Shown: positions 39,346 through 50,181, numbered from the stretch's first letter. The stretch: DNA of 64,000 nucleotides from Deltaproteobacteria bacterium (GCA_040218735.1 JAVJQW010000057.1:288001-352000), one strand, 5' to 3'. Translations and numbers: made by a program. Notes: generated from the letters alone by a model not told the origin.

Positions 39346-41685
39346 ATGGGGCTAGACCCGCATACCGTCGAACAGACGCCTCCGGGGGGAAGCGAGCTCG
39401 TTGGAAGGATCATCGGAGGCCGACTCCGGGTGCTGGAGTGCATCGGAAGCGGCTCGATGGGCACCGTCTATCGCGCGCACCACGAGACCCTCGACAAGGA
39501 CGTCGCGATCAAGGTGCTGAGCCGGCTCGGCACGCGCGACGACATCCGCACGAAACGTTTCGTGCGTGAGGCGCGCACGGCGAGCCGCCTCGACCACGCC
39601 AACACGGTACGGATCCTCGACTTCGGCGAAGACGGTGACGACGGCCTCCTCTACCTCGCGATGGAGTATCTCGAGGGCGAGGACCTCGCGCAGCTCCTCG
39701 CGCGCGGGGAGAAGCTCGAGAGCGAGCGCGTCGTGAAGATCATGACGCAGACGCTGGCGGCGGTGGCGGCGGCGCATGACCACGGGATCATCCACCGCGA
39801 CATCAAACCTTCGAACATCTTCCTGACGAAGCGACGCAACGACGAAGGCCAGCTCGTCGACTTCGTGAAGGTGTGTGACTTCGGGGTCGCGAAGTTCCTC
39901 GCGAGCACGCGCGACTCCCTCAGCGGCACGGCCCCCGGCGCGACGGAGGTCATCGGCACGCCGTTGTACATGTCACCGGAGCAGGCGGTCGGCGACACGT
40001 TGGACCCGCGCACGGACGTCTACTCCTGCGCCGTCGTCCTCTACGAGATGCTCACCGGGCGGCCTCCGTTCCTCGGCGAAACGGCCATGGGGGTGATGCT
40101 CAAACACGTCTCCGAGCCGCCGGCCGCGCCGAGCACCCTCGTCCCGAACATCGACCCCGACCTCGAGTCCGTTCTCGGCTGGGCGCTCGTGAAGGACCGC
40201 GATGCGCGTTGCCCGTCGGCACGCGAGTTCCGGAACGCGCTCCGCGAGCTGCGGAAGCGCCAGACGGGACCGCACGGCGTCAACTCGACGATTCCTCCGG
40301 AGAGCTCGTCGGACATCGACCTGCAGCTCCAGGCGTACCTGCAGGCGATGACCAAGCCGGGGCTCACGGATCCTGGGCTGCCGTCGGACCTCACGCCGCA
40401 CCCGAACCGCCCGGCGACGGATCCGCGAATCCTCGTCGCCGACTTGACCAGTGAGATGACGCCGCTCCCGTCCAACATGGAGCCCTCGCCGCTCCCGCCC
40501 GACTCGGTCGTGTCCAATCCACCAATCGAGCTGAAGCCGGTCGAGGATGACGCATCGATGGACGACCTCGTCGCGGAGGCCGTCGGGCTGACCCCGGAGA
40601 TTCGCGAGCGGCAGCAAGGGCCCTCGGATCCGTCACACGGCATCCCGGGGCTCGACCGGAGACGTATGGGCGCGGAGGTCTCGGACCGCGCGCAGTACAT
40701 GTGGAACAACTACGGGATCATCTTCGAGACGTATCACGGCGGGTACCCGTTCTTCGTGCGTGATGCGAAGGGCGAAGTGATGGGCCCGTGTGACTATCCG
40801 GACGTCACGAAGATCATCCAGATCGAAGCCGCGCGCGGGCACATCGGACACGTCTCGCTGTGTGGAGAGTCGCAGCAGTGGATCAGCGCCATCGACTTCG
40901 CGCGACTGACCGGCCAGGAGTCGATCCTGGAGTCGACGTTCGAGCGGGTACACGAACCCCCGCCGGGTCCATTCAGTGGAACGTTCCGCAAGACGAGCCT
41001 CGCGGCGCTCTTCGCGCGCGTGACGCGAGAGCGGCCGACGGGGCGATTGATCTTCAACCTGAGCCAGCACGTCGACGAGACGCGCATCGAGATTCACCTC
41101 GTGCAGGGCCGCCCCACGTTTGTGTACTCGAGTGATGCGAGCCTGCAGATCCCCGCGCTGCTCGTGCGCCGCGACCTCCTCCGCGAGAACCTCATCCCGA
41201 AGTTCCTGCAGATGGTGATCGAGGAGGAGATGGCGCTCGAACAGATCGTCGGGCGTGAAGCGAACCTCGACATGCGGCAGTACCACAGCATCTTCATGCG
41301 GGAGCGACTGTGTAATCTGTTCCGCTGGTCGCAGGGTGTGTTCTGGCTGGACGCCGACAACCTCCCCGCGCGCATGAGCCCGTTCGCTCACTCGCTCATG
41401 GCGGTCCTCCCGGACGTCGTGTACCGCGCGATGAGTCGCGACACGCTGCGGTCGGAGGTCCAGCCCTACCTCCACATGGCGATTCAGCGCTCCCAGCGGT
41501 TCAACCACGGGATCGCCGCGATGCAGCTGTCGTCCGCGCAGAAGAGCATCGTGCGGAGGTTCCTGCGGTCGAAGACCCTCGGCGAAGCGGTCCCGTCGGA
41601 GCCGAAGCTCGAGAAGCTGTACTACGCGATGGCGTACATCCTCCTCGAGACGGAGTTGTTCCTCAAACCCATCGGGTTGCGGTAG
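39346..41685 (+). CDS. cytoplasmic Ser/Thr protein kinase with C-terminal GYF/DUF4388-like region
   Basis: IGSGSMGTVY, VAIK, HRDIKPSN, DFGVAK, GTPLYMSPEQ. C-terminal GPC.Y and G.F..TSLAALF...TGRL motifs. Confidence 0.9.
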   Translation: MGLDPHTVEQTPPGGSELVGRIIGGRLRVLECIGSGSMGTVYRAHHETLDKDVAIKVLSRLGTRDDIRTKRFVREARTASRLDHANTVRILDFGEDGDDGLLYLAMEYLEGEDLAQLLARGEKLESERVVKIMTQTLAAVAAAHDHGIIHRDIKPSNIFLTKRRNDEGQLVDFVKVCDFGVAKFLASTRDSLSGTAPGATEVIGTPLYMSPEQAVGDTLDPRTDVYSCAVVLYEMLTGRPPFLGETAMGVMLKHVSEPPAAPSTLVPNIDPDLESVLGWALVKDRDARCPSAREFRNALRELRKRQTGPHGVNSTIPPESSSDIDLQLQAYLQAMTKPGLTDPGLPSDLTPHPNRPATDPRILVADLTSEMTPLPSNMEPSPLPPDSVVSNPPIELKPVEDDASMDDLVAEAVGLTPEIRERQQGPSDPSHGIPGLDRRRMGAEVSDRAQYMWNNYGIIFETYHGGYPFFVRDAKGEVMGPCDYPDVTKIIQIEAARGHIGHVSLCGESQQWISAIDFARLTGQESILESTFERVHEPPPGPFSGTFRKTSLAALFARVTRERPTGRLIFNLSQHVDETRIEIHLVQGRPTFVYSSDASLQIPALLVRRDLLRENLIPKFLQMVIEEEMALEQIVGREANLDMRQYHSIFMRERLCNLFRWSQGVFWLDADNLPARMSPFAHSLMAVLPDVVYRAMSRDTLRSEVQPYLHMAIQRSQRFNHGIAAMQLSSAQKSIVRRFLRSKTLGEAVPSEPKLEKLYYAMAYILLETELFLKPIGLR

Positions 41686-41694
41686 TACGCGCGC

Positions 41695-42189
41695 ATGAAC
41701 GAAGCCGACCGACCGACGGTCGCCATCATCATGGGCAGCATCTCCGACTGGGAGACGATGCGGCACGCGGCCGAGACCCTCGACGCGCTCCAGATCCCGT
41801 ACGAGCGCGCCATCGTCAGCGCGCACCGCACGCCCCAGCGCCTCTACGACTTCGCGAAGGACGCGGAGCCCAAAGGGCTACGGGTGATCATCGCGGGTGC
41901 GGGCGGCGCCGCGCACCTCCCCGGGATGACGGCGGCCATGACGCACCTCCCGGTGCTCGGGGTGCCGGTCGAGTCGCGCACGTTGAAGGGCGTCGATTCG
42001 CTGCTCTCGATCGTGCAGATGCCCGGCGGCATCCCGGTGCCAACGCTCGCGATCGGGAAGGCCGGCGCGAAGAACGCCGCGCTCTCGGCCGCCGCGATCC
42101 TCGCGCTGTCCGACGACGGCGTCCGTGAGCGCCTCATCGCGTTCCGCGAACAGCAGACCGAGACGGTGCTGGGGACCGAGCTCCCGTGA
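41695..42189 (+). CDS. purE: N5-CAIR mutase
   Basis: [37 protein letters not shown]. Confidence 0.97.
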   Translation: MNEADRPTVAIIMGSISDWETMRHAAETLDALQIPYERAIVSAHRTPQRLYDFAKDAEPKGLRVIIAGAGGAAHLPGMTAAMTHLPVLGVPVESRTLKGVDSLLSIVQMPGGIPVPTLAIGKAGAKNAALSAAAILALSDDGVRERLIAFREQQTETVLGTELP

Positions 42190-43307
42190 AACACATCGGC
42201 ATCCTCGGAGGTGGTCAGCTCGGACGCATGTCGATCCTCGCGGGGCGCGCGCTCGGCATGCGGTTCTCCGTGTTCGACCCCAGCCCCACGGCGTGCGCCG
42301 GGCCCGTCGCCGACCACGTCTTCTGCGCCGGGTACGACGACGTCGATGCGCTGAACCGTTTTGCCGAGGGGCTCGACGTCGTGACGCTCGAGTTCGAGAA
42401 CGTCCCGGGTAGCGCGTGTGAAGTCGTCGCGCAGCACGCGCCGGTCCACCCCAGCCAACGAATCCTCACCGTCGCCCAACACCGACGGCGCGAGAAGACG
42501 TACCTCTCGGAGCACGGCTTCCCGTGTGTCCCGTTCGAGGTCGCCGAGGACGAAGCCGCGCTCGAGGCGGCGGCGGAGCGGCTCGGCTTCCCGTGCGTCG
42601 CCAAGACCGCGGCGTTCGGCTACGACGGCAAGGGTCAGATCCTCCTGAAGGCCCGCGGCGATCACGCGGGGGTGTTCGATCGGCTCGGGCAGCCCGACGC
42701 CGTCGTCGTCGAAGCGTGGATCCAACACACCGGTGAGTTCTCGATCGTAGTCGCGCGCCGTCCCGACGGGACGATGGCGACGTACCCGATCGCCGAGAAC
42801 ATCCACCGGCACCACATCCTGCACACGACGATCTTCCCCGGCCGCGTCGGCGACGACGAAGCGGCCGAGGCCGACGCGCTCGTGCGACGCCTCGCGGTGA
42901 CGATGGACCTCGTCGGCGTCATGGCGGTCGAGCTGTTCCGCACGGACGACGGCTGGCGCGTGAACGAGATCGCGCCGCGCCCGCACAACTCCGGGCACGC
43001 GACGATCGACGCCGCGGTGACGAGTCAGTTCGAGCAACACGTCCGCGCGGTCGCGGACCTCCCGCTGGGCAGCACCGACATCGTGCGCCCCGCCGTCATG
43101 GTGAACCTCCTCGGCGACCTCTGGTCGAACGGCGCCCCGCCGTGGTCACAGCTCCTCGAAGACCCGACCGTAAAGCTCCACCTCTACGACAAGGGCGACG
43201 CCCGCCCGGGGCGGAAGATGGGGCACTTCACGGTGCTGGACGACGACGTCGAAACCGCGCTCGCGCGCGCCGAGCGTCACTTCGAGACGTTACAACCCAA
43301 AGCGTAG
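42186..43307 (+). CDS. purK: N5-CAIR synthase
   Basis: [38 protein letters not shown]. Confidence 0.97.
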   Translation: MKHIGILGGGQLGRMSILAGRALGMRFSVFDPSPTACAGPVADHVFCAGYDDVDALNRFAEGLDVVTLEFENVPGSACEVVAQHAPVHPSQRILTVAQHRRREKTYLSEHGFPCVPFEVAEDEAALEAAAERLGFPCVAKTAAFGYDGKGQILLKARGDHAGVFDRLGQPDAVVVEAWIQHTGEFSIVVARRPDGTMATYPIAENIHRHHILHTTIFPGRVGDDEAAEADALVRRLAVTMDLVGVMAVELFRTDDGWRVNEIAPRPHNSGHATIDAAVTSQFEQHVRAVADLPLGSTDIVRPAVMVNLLGDLWSNGAPPWSQLLEDPTVKLHLYDKGDARPGRKMGHFTVLDDDVETALARAERHFETLQPKA

Positions 43308-43748
43308 GCCGAACGCGACCTCACCCGACGCGTCGCGCTCGGGGATGAACACCACGCCGTACGCGACCGAGCCGAACACTTCGACGCCCGAGGTGTCGTC
43401 GAAGTACGAGACACCGAACGGCACGCGCATCCCGAAGGCGTCCTCGCTCGCGTCCACGTCACTCGCGGCGTAGCGCACGCCGAGCCCGAACCAGACCGAC
43501 ATCCAGCCCGTGCCGAACACCCGGCCGATGATCTCGGACATGTCGTAGGTGAAGTCGAACGTCACGAGCGCGTCGCGGTCCGGGTCGGCGGAGAGCCCGG
43601 CGGCCGCGTGCACCCGAAACGTCTCGAGCACCGGCGCCGCGAGCGTAAGGCCGTTCGGTTCACCCACGAGGAGCCCCACGGCGAGATCGGGCGGCGTCGA
43701 CGTCGGCGCGCACACCAACGTCGTGAGGAGCGCGAGGGTCGTGATCAC
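43290..43748 (-). CDS. small outer-membrane beta-barrel-like protein
   Basis: GLLVGEPNGLT, GMRVPFGVSY, terminal GLRF strand. Confidence 0.65.
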   Translation of the reverse strand: MITTLALLTTLVCAPTSTPPDLAVGLLVGEPNGLTLAAPVLETFRVHAAAGLSADPDRDALVTFDFTYDMSEIIGRVFGTGWMSVWFGLGVRYAASDVDASEDAFGMRVPFGVSYFDDTSGVEVFGSVAYGVVFIPERDASGEVAFGLRFGL

Positions 43749-44512
43749 GGTAGCTGCTGCGCGCGACCGGTCATCGGCACGAAGCTCACGTCGAAGACTC
43801 GGTACTTCTTCACGCCGTCCGCGGTGCGTTCGTACACCTCGAGGCGCTGGTGCTCTTCACCGACCGGAATGACGAGGCGTCCGCCGAGCGCGAGCTGTTC
43901 GACCAACGCGGGCGGCACGTCCTTTGGCGCGGCGGTCACGACGATCGCGTCGAACGGCGCCCCGCTGGGGTACCCGGACCAGCCGTCGCCGACGACGACG
44001 CGTACGTTGTCGTAGCCGAGGCGTTCGAGCGTCGTCTGCGCGCGGTTTGCGAGCGGCTCGACAATCTCGACGGTCACGACTTCCTTCGCCACCCGCGAGA
44101 GCACGGCCGCGCCGTAGCCAGAGCCGGCGCCGATCTCCAACACCCGCTCGGCGTCCGACAGCTGCGCGAGCTCGACCATCGCCGCGACCATGTACGGCTG
44201 CGAGATCGTCTGGCCCTCGCCGATCGGGAGCGGGCGATCTTCGTACGCGTGCTCGCGTTCGTCCTCGGGAACGAAGACGTGCCGCGGGACGAGGCGCATC
44301 GCATCGATGACACGTGGGTCGGTCACGTCGCGGCCGGCGATCTGGCGGTCGACCATGTCCTGGCGCAGGCGCTGGTGGAGCTTGGAGTCGGGCATGACGG
44401 GGCGACCGTGGGCGACACCGTACACGAAGACCCCCGCGCCAAAGAGCACGACGAACAACGTGAGGATGGTGGTGCTCCTCCGTTTTCGCTTCGCTGTCGC
44501 CCGGTCCATCAT
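43745..44512 (-). CDS. pcm: protein-L-isoaspartate O-methyltransferase with N-terminal TM
   Basis: VPRHVFVP, GQTISQPY, LEIGAGSGY, PFDAIVVTAA, FVPM. Confidence 0.93.
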   Translation of the reverse strand: MMDRATAKRKRRSTTILTLFVVLFGAGVFVYGVAHGRPVMPDSKLHQRLRQDMVDRQIAGRDVTDPRVIDAMRLVPRHVFVPEDEREHAYEDRPLPIGEGQTISQPYMVAAMVELAQLSDAERVLEIGAGSGYGAAVLSRVAKEVVTVEIVEPLANRAQTTLERLGYDNVRVVVGDGWSGYPSGAPFDAIVVTAAPKDVPPALVEQLALGGRLVIPVGEEHQRLEVYERTADGVKKYRVFDVSFVPMTGRAQQLP

Positions 44513-44647
44513 CGAACGCCCCATTCGCTCGCACCTTTGTCCCAGGCGGCATCCGCCAAGGTGACCACAGTCAGCAAACGGTCGCGGAACGTACCCGTAC
44601 GAGCCGTTGGGCGACTCGGACATCAGGGGGATGAGTGGACGAACGAC

Positions 44648-46240
44648 CTAGGGGGCCAGTGTGTGCTGTTGGTTTCCCTCTACGTTGCGCCACACGTCGT
44701 ACTGGCCGTTGGGCCAGAGCACGACGACCCACTCCGCCCCGGTGTACGGCCCCAATCCGAACCGCGCGCTGTGTTCGTTCTGCGACGCGCGGCTCGAGCC
44801 GCCGAGGATGTCGTAGAACTGCACGAGCTCGCCCGACTTCACGGCCACGCGCGCCGTGACCCCCGTACCGTTGCCCGCGGACGGTTCGACGTAGACGTGC
44901 AGGTAGCGGTGGTCGCCGACCGGCGTTTCGTTTCGGTAGAGCCGGATCGGCCGCCCGTCGGTGCCGGCGAGCACGACGTCCACGCGCCCGTCCTTGTCGT
45001 AGTCCGCGAACCCCGCCGCCACGTTGTGCGCGCGTCGACTGCTGATGACGCCGGGGTGATTGAGCTCGATCCGCTCGAACGTCGGCGGCACTTGCCCGTC
45101 GTGTGCGAACAACAGGTGCGGTCGGTCGTCCTCCTGCGCGACGAAGAGATCCGGCCAGCCGTCGAGATCGAAGTCCTCGAACGACAAACCCCACCCGTAG
45201 TCGCCGCCGGTCCCCGCCTGGTCCGTGATGTCCGAGAACGTCCCGTCGCCGTTGTTCCTCAGGAGTGGATTGTCGCCGATGTTCGACACGTAATAGTCGA
45301 GGTCACCGTCGTGATCGATGTCGGCGCCGTCGATACCCATCGGGTGTCGAATGCCGACGTCCAACGCGTCGTCGGTGACGTTCGCGAAGCGACCGCCGTC
45401 GTTCCTCAACAACACGTGGCCGCCCCGGTCGTTCCAGATCCACAGGTCCTGATCGCCGTCCGCGTCGTAGTCGGACCACAACACGGCGCACGGGTTGCCG
45501 GAGGGCTCGATCGTGACGCCGCTGGAGGCCGTGATGTCGGTGAACGTTCCGTCGCCGTCGTTCTTCAGCAGGTACGCGCCCGGAGCAGGCAACGCGCTCG
45601 ACGCCGACACGATGTCGAGGTGGCCGTCACCGTCGAAGTCTCCGAACGACACGACCTTGCTGCGCCCGTCCCCGAACAGCGCGGGCTCCGACGGGGGGCC
45701 GCCGGCGTCGGACTCGACCGTCGCGTCCACGAAGGTGGCGTCGCCCTGGTTCTTCATGAGCACGTCGCCCTGGCTCGCGCCGACGTAGAGGTCGACGTCA
45801 CCGTCGCCGTCGTAGTCCGCCGCCGCGACCGAGAAGAGGTTCGCGTTCGCGAGGACGCCGAAGCCCGCGGCGGACGTTCGATCCAGGAACGTCCCGTCGC
45901 GTTGGTTCTCGTAGTACAGCGACGGCACCTGCGTCCCGTCCTGGTCCCGGCCGTTCGCCACGAAGATGTCCGGCCACCGATCCCCGGACAGATCGACGAA
46001 CGCGATCCCGACGCCGTGGGAGTTGCCGCCTCCCACGCCGTCGCCGAGCCCCACGTCGGCGGTCACGTCGATCAGGCGGAGGCGACCGGCGGGCGCAGCG
46101 TCTTCGATGCGTTCCGGCACGAAGCCGAGATCGGTGCCCCCGGTGGTGTCGACCTCCACCCAGAACGGATCGCCGCCCGCATTGGGAGGCAGCGGTTCGG
46201 AGCACGCGACCAGGAGCGCGGCAACGGCGACGCGACGCAT
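44648..46240 (-). CDS. CRTAC1/ASPIC-UnbV family FG-GAP repeat lipoprotein
   Basis: LVA-C lipobox, many DxDGDGDxD and N.GDGTF.D.T repeats, C-terminal FGLG...V.WPNG. Confidence 0.88.
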   Translation of the reverse strand: MRRVAVAALLVACSEPLPPNAGGDPFWVEVDTTGGTDLGFVPERIEDAAPAGRLRLIDVTADVGLGDGVGGGNSHGVGIAFVDLSGDRWPDIFVANGRDQDGTQVPSLYYENQRDGTFLDRTSAAGFGVLANANLFSVAAADYDGDGDVDLYVGASQGDVLMKNQGDATFVDATVESDAGGPPSEPALFGDGRSKVVSFGDFDGDGHLDIVSASSALPAPGAYLLKNDGDGTFTDITASSGVTIEPSGNPCAVLWSDYDADGDQDLWIWNDRGGHVLLRNDGGRFANVTDDALDVGIRHPMGIDGADIDHDGDLDYYVSNIGDNPLLRNNGDGTFSDITDQAGTGGDYGWGLSFEDFDLDGWPDLFVAQEDDRPHLLFAHDGQVPPTFERIELNHPGVISSRRAHNVAAGFADYDKDGRVDVVLAGTDGRPIRLYRNETPVGDHRYLHVYVEPSAGNGTGVTARVAVKSGELVQFYDILGGSSRASQNEHSARFGLGPYTGAEWVVVLWPNGQYDVWRNVEGNQQHTLAP

Positions 46241-46245
46241 CCCGC

Positions 46246-46794
46246 TCAGGATGTCGTGCTCGTACCGACTCGGTCCAGGACGGTGCGGATCAGCGCGGCT
46301 TCCTGGGGCTTCGGTTCCAGCTCGAGGTACCGCCGAAGGTGCGGGTAGGCGGCGCCATCCCCGGCCGTCAGCAAGACCAGGCCGAGCTCGAGATGACACG
46401 CCGGGAGGTCCGCCTGGCGGATGCACTCCTCGAACGCCTCGACGCCCGCGTTGCCGTCGAGCGACTTCACGGACGCCCGCGCCGCCGCGAGCGCCTTGCG
46501 AGCTTCGACCCCGGCCTCGGGTGTGATCCCGGCCCCGACGTGTACCGCGCGGGGCGGCGCGGGGGACATCGTCGGCGCCGCGAGCTCGATGGTTTCGGCG
46601 ACGCGCAGCGGGATCAAGTTCGACGCCGGGAAGCCCGTGAAGACCACGTGGACGAAGAACCCCAGCGCGCTCCCGATCAGGAAGCCGAACAGCAGCGCGG
46701 GCGGCGGGATCGCGCCCCGGAACATCGATTCGCTCAGATCAGAGGTGCCTGGATCCGAGAGCTCAGGCGCGGGATTCTCCACCGGGGCGGTCAC
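46246..46794 (-). CDS. membrane-anchored TPR-like protein
   Basis: TM helix, then ECIRQADLPACHLELG...RRYLELEP. Confidence 0.7.
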   Translation of the reverse strand: MTAPVENPAPELSDPGTSDLSESMFRGAIPPPALLFGFLIGSALGFFVHVVFTGFPASNLIPLRVAETIELAAPTMSPAPPRAVHVGAGITPEAGVEARKALAAARASVKSLDGNAGVEAFEECIRQADLPACHLELGLVLLTAGDGAAYPHLRRYLELEPKPQEAALIRTVLDRVGTSTTS

Positions 46795-46888
46795 GAGCGA
46801 GCGCGATTGTCGTGGCCATCGACGATCGCCGCAAGAGCAGCCTGCCCGAAAGGAGTGGTCAAAGCCCCCGGTCTACGCGACAATTCGA

Positions 46889-47275
46889 ATGCTCGTGGTC
46901 GCGCAGAAGGTCTACCGTCCGCGCATCGGCCTGGCGATCGCGCTCGGTCTCGCGATCGGACTCGTGGGGTCCCTGATGGCGCTCAAGGTCATCACCCCGC
47001 CCCCGAACTACGTGGCCAATCCACATCCGCGCTACGAATACGAGGACGATACGCCGCCGAGCGAGTCGCGCGAGGACTCGGCGCGGATCCTCCTTCAGCA
47101 GGCGAACGCCGCCGTCGAGCGCCGAGACTTCCTCAGCGCCGACCGCCTCTACGGACACTGCATCGAGCTGGCCGACCTCGGTGAATGCCACCGCGGCCTC
47201 GCCGGGGTGCTGTTCCTGGCGCGAGACCCGTCCGCGCGCGCGCACTACGACAAGTACGCGGCCGCGACGCCGTGA
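46889..47275 (+). CDS. membrane-anchored TPR-like protein (paralog of the divergent neighbour)
   Basis: TM helix, then HCIELADLGECHRGLA...DKYAAATP. Confidence 0.7.
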   Translation: MLVVAQKVYRPRIGLAIALGLAIGLVGSLMALKVITPPPNYVANPHPRYEYEDDTPPSESREDSARILLQQANAAVERRDFLSADRLYGHCIELADLGECHRGLAGVLFLARDPSARAHYDKYAAATP

Positions 47276-48595
47276 TCAGCCCTCGAACGCTTCGTCGGTG
47301 ATGTCGAGCCCGCGGTCGATGATCGCGTAGCCCTCGAGCAGCTGCTCCTCGGTGATACAGAGCGGCGGGTTGCACATGAAGCTCGACCACCGCACGAACG
47401 TGAACAGACCGGAGTCGATGAAGAACTTCGACAGCTTCTGCATCATCGGGTGCGTCCCGTTGTAGGGGGCGAGCGGTGCACCGGCCGCGTTCTTCTGCAC
47501 GTCGATCATCCCGAACAGACCGATGGCCCGCCCTTCCTTCATCGACGGGTGCTTCGCCTGCAGCCGATCCATCTCGCTCCGCATGACCTTCTCCATGCGT
47601 GCGGCGTTCTCCACCATGCCTTCGCCGACGAGCACGTCGATCACCGCCTCCGCCGTCGCGAGCGCGAGCGCGTGGGAGTTGTAGGTCAGCCCTCCCCAGA
47701 AGACGTTCTCGCGGAAGTGCTCGGCGATCGCGTCGCGCACGCCCATCGCGCCGAGCGGGATGTACGAGCTGGTCAGGCCCTTCGCCATACACAGGATGTC
47801 CGGGACGATGCCGGCGTGTTCGAACGCAAACATCTTCCCGGTGCGACCGAAGCCACACATCACCTCGTCGCAGACGAGCAGGATGCCGTGGCGATCGAGC
47901 AGCGCGCGGAGGCCTTCGAGGTAGCCCTTCGGCGGCGGGAGGATGCCGTTCGTCCCGGTGACCGTCTCGATGAACATCGCGGCGATGTTGTCGGCGCCTT
48001 CGTACTGGATGACCTCTTCGAGGTACTGCAGGTTGTTCTTCGTCCGGGTCTCGTCGTCGTCGCCGAACGAGTAGTCGTACGGTCGCGGATCCATCACCCG
48101 CACGATGCCCGGCATGCCCGGCTCGTTCGCCCAGCGACGCGGGTCGCCGGTGAGCTGCATCGTGGCGTTCGTGCCGCCGTGATAGCTGCGGTAGCGCGTG
48201 ATGATCTTGTGTTTGCCGGTGTAGAGGCGCGCCGCGCGAATCGCGTTTTCGTTGGCCTCGGCGCCCCCCAGCGTGAAGAAGAACGTGTTGATGTCGCCCG
48301 GCACCAGGTCGGCGAGTTTCTTCGCCAGCCGCGCACGTTCCTCGGTCGCCGTGCCGGGGAAGACGTAGAGCAGCTTGTCGAGCTGCCGCTTCATCGCTTC
48401 GCGGACCTTCGGGTGCGCGTGTCCGATGTTCACGCTCATCAGCTGGCTGTTGAAGTCGAGGATCTTGCGACCGTCGGTCGTGTACATGTACACGCCCTCG
48501 GCGCGCTCGATGGGGAGCGGGTTCACCTTCCCCGTCGCAGCCCAGGTGTACAGCGTGTGTTGCTTGCACAGGTCGACGATCTGCTGCGTTTCCAT
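47276..48595 (-). CDS. class III PLP-dependent aminotransferase
   Basis: GAEANENA, SYHGGT, DEVMCGFGRTG, AKGLTS, GGLTY. Confidence 0.93.
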   Translation of the reverse strand: METQQIVDLCKQHTLYTWAATGKVNPLPIERAEGVYMYTTDGRKILDFNSQLMSVNIGHAHPKVREAMKRQLDKLLYVFPGTATEERARLAKKLADLVPGDINTFFFTLGGAEANENAIRAARLYTGKHKIITRYRSYHGGTNATMQLTGDPRRWANEPGMPGIVRVMDPRPYDYSFGDDDETRTKNNLQYLEEVIQYEGADNIAAMFIETVTGTNGILPPPKGYLEGLRALLDRHGILLVCDEVMCGFGRTGKMFAFEHAGIVPDILCMAKGLTSSYIPLGAMGVRDAIAEHFRENVFWGGLTYNSHALALATAEAVIDVLVGEGMVENAARMEKVMRSEMDRLQAKHPSMKEGRAIGLFGMIDVQKNAAGAPLAPYNGTHPMMQKLSKFFIDSGLFTFVRWSSFMCNPPLCITEEQLLEGYAIIDRGLDITDEAFEG

Positions 48596-48637
48596 CCGGC
48601 CGTCCTAGCGGACCGCGGGACCCCTGGCAACGGACGG

Positions 48638-49417
48638 TCAGCGCCCGTCGAGCGGCCGGGTGAGCGTGTACAGCGCGATCGCCGCGGCCGTCGCGACGTT
48701 GAGCGAGTCGTGCCCGGGCGCCATCGGGATCGACGCGGTGTGGTCGGCGCGGGCCATCGCCGCCGCGCTGAGCCCGGCCCCTTCCGTCCCCACGAGCACC
48801 ACCGTCCGAGCGCTCCGAGGGACCTCTGCCAGGTCCCGACCGGCGGGGCTCATCGCGACGACCTCGAAACCTTCCAGCGCGTCGAGATCTTCGAGCCGCG
48901 CGCGGGCGAAGGGCACCGTCAGCGCCGCGCCCATCGAGGTGCGAATCGCCTTGCGGTAGAGCGGGTCCGCGCAGGCCTCGTCGAGCCACACCGCGCCGAC
49001 GCCGAACGCCGCGGCGTTTCGGAACGCCTGCCCGACGTTGTCGTGGTTGGCGAGGCCCTCCAGGAACAACACGGTCTGCGCCCCGGTCGGGACGACCTCG
49101 TGCGGCGACGCCGGCCGCGGCACGACGCCCGCCGCGAGGCAGCCGCGGTGGATGTCGAAGCCCACGATGCGATTCATCACCTCGGGGGCGGCGACGTAGA
49201 CCGGGACCTCGGCCGCGTCGATCACGTCCCGCAGGGCGTCGACGCGGCGGTCCGCGATCAGGACCGAGCGCTTCTCGAGCGGGCTCTTCGTGAGGAAGGT
49301 GCGGACGACCTCGGTCCCCTCGGCGAGGAAGACGCCGCGGCGTTTGACGAGGTGGGCTTCGCGGATGTCGACGTAGTCGGCGACACGCGGGTCCTTCGGA
49401 TCGTCGATGACGATCAC
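48638..49417 (-). CDS. TrmH/SpoU family RNA methyltransferase
   Basis: NHDNVGQAFRNA, GTEGAGL, IPM...DSLNVATA. Confidence 0.92.
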   Translation of the reverse strand: MIVIDDPKDPRVADYVDIREAHLVKRRGVFLAEGTEVVRTFLTKSPLEKRSVLIADRRVDALRDVIDAAEVPVYVAAPEVMNRIVGFDIHRGCLAAGVVPRPASPHEVVPTGAQTVLFLEGLANHDNVGQAFRNAAAFGVGAVWLDEACADPLYRKAIRTSMGAALTVPFARARLEDLDALEGFEVVAMSPAGRDLAEVPRSARTVVLVGTEGAGLSAAAMARADHTASIPMAPGHDSLNVATAAAIALYTLTRPLDGR

Positions 49418-50181
49418 GGTCGCATCCTCGGGATCGCGTCGAAGAGCTTCTTTGTGTACGGGTGCGTCGCCGCCGCGCGTGCGTCGCGCGCCGGGAGGCG
49501 TTCGACGATCTTCCCCGCGTTCATCACGAGGATGTGATCGCAGAAGTACTCGACCACCGAGAGGTCGTGGGAGATGAACAGGTACGTCAACCCAAGTTGC
49601 GCTTTGAGGTCCGAGAGCAGCGCGAGGATCTGCGCACGAACCGAGACGTCGAGCGCCGACACGGGTTCGTCCGCGACGATCAGCTTCGGCTCGACCGACA
49701 CTGCGCGCGCGATGCCGATGCGCTGACGCTGTCCGCCCGACAGCTCGTGCGGGAAGCGGTCGAACGTCGAAGCCGGCAGCCCCACCCGGTCCAACAGCTC
49801 CGCCGCGCGCGGCCGCAGCTGCGCCTTGTCGACGACCCCGTGGAACGCGAGCGCCTCCGTCAACGCGGCCCCCACCGTGCGCCTCGGGTTCAGCGCGCCG
49901 TACGGATCCTGGAAGACCATCTGCAACCGGCGACGGTGCGGCCGCATCGCGCGCTCGTCGAGCGCGCTGATCCGCGTGCCGTCGAAATCCACGGTACCGG
50001 CCTCCAGCGAGACGAGGCCGAGGAGCGCGCGCGCGAGGGTGCTCTTCCCCGAGCCGGACTCCCCGACGAGGCCGACCGTCTCTCCGGGCTCGAGCGAGAG
50101 GTCCACGCCGTCCACCGCGTTCAACACGTGCCCGCGCCGACGGAACACGACCGACACCCCCTTGGCGACGAGCAGGTTCAT
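49414..50181 (-). CDS. oligopeptide-family ABC ATPase (OppF/DppF-like)
   Basis: GESGSGKST, LSGGQRQR, DEPVSALDVS, HPYT. Confidence 0.92.
   Translation of the reverse strand: MNLLVAKGVSVVFRRRGHVLNAVDGVDLSLEPGETVGLVGESGSGKSTLARALLGLVSLEAGTVDFDGTRISALDERAMRPHRRRLQMVFQDPYGALNPRRTVGAALTEALAFHGVVDKAQLRPRAAELLDRVGLPASTFDRFPHELSGGQRQRIGIARAVSVEPKLIVADEPVSALDVSVRAQILALLSDLKAQLGLTYLFISHDLSVVEYFCDHILVMNAGKIVERLPARDARAAATHPYTKKLFDAIPRMRP

Noticed and set aside
46246-47275. CX8CH motifs as heme-attachment sites
   Set aside because: The spacing is not CxxCH and the context is a TPR helix pair, so a structural disulfide is more likely.
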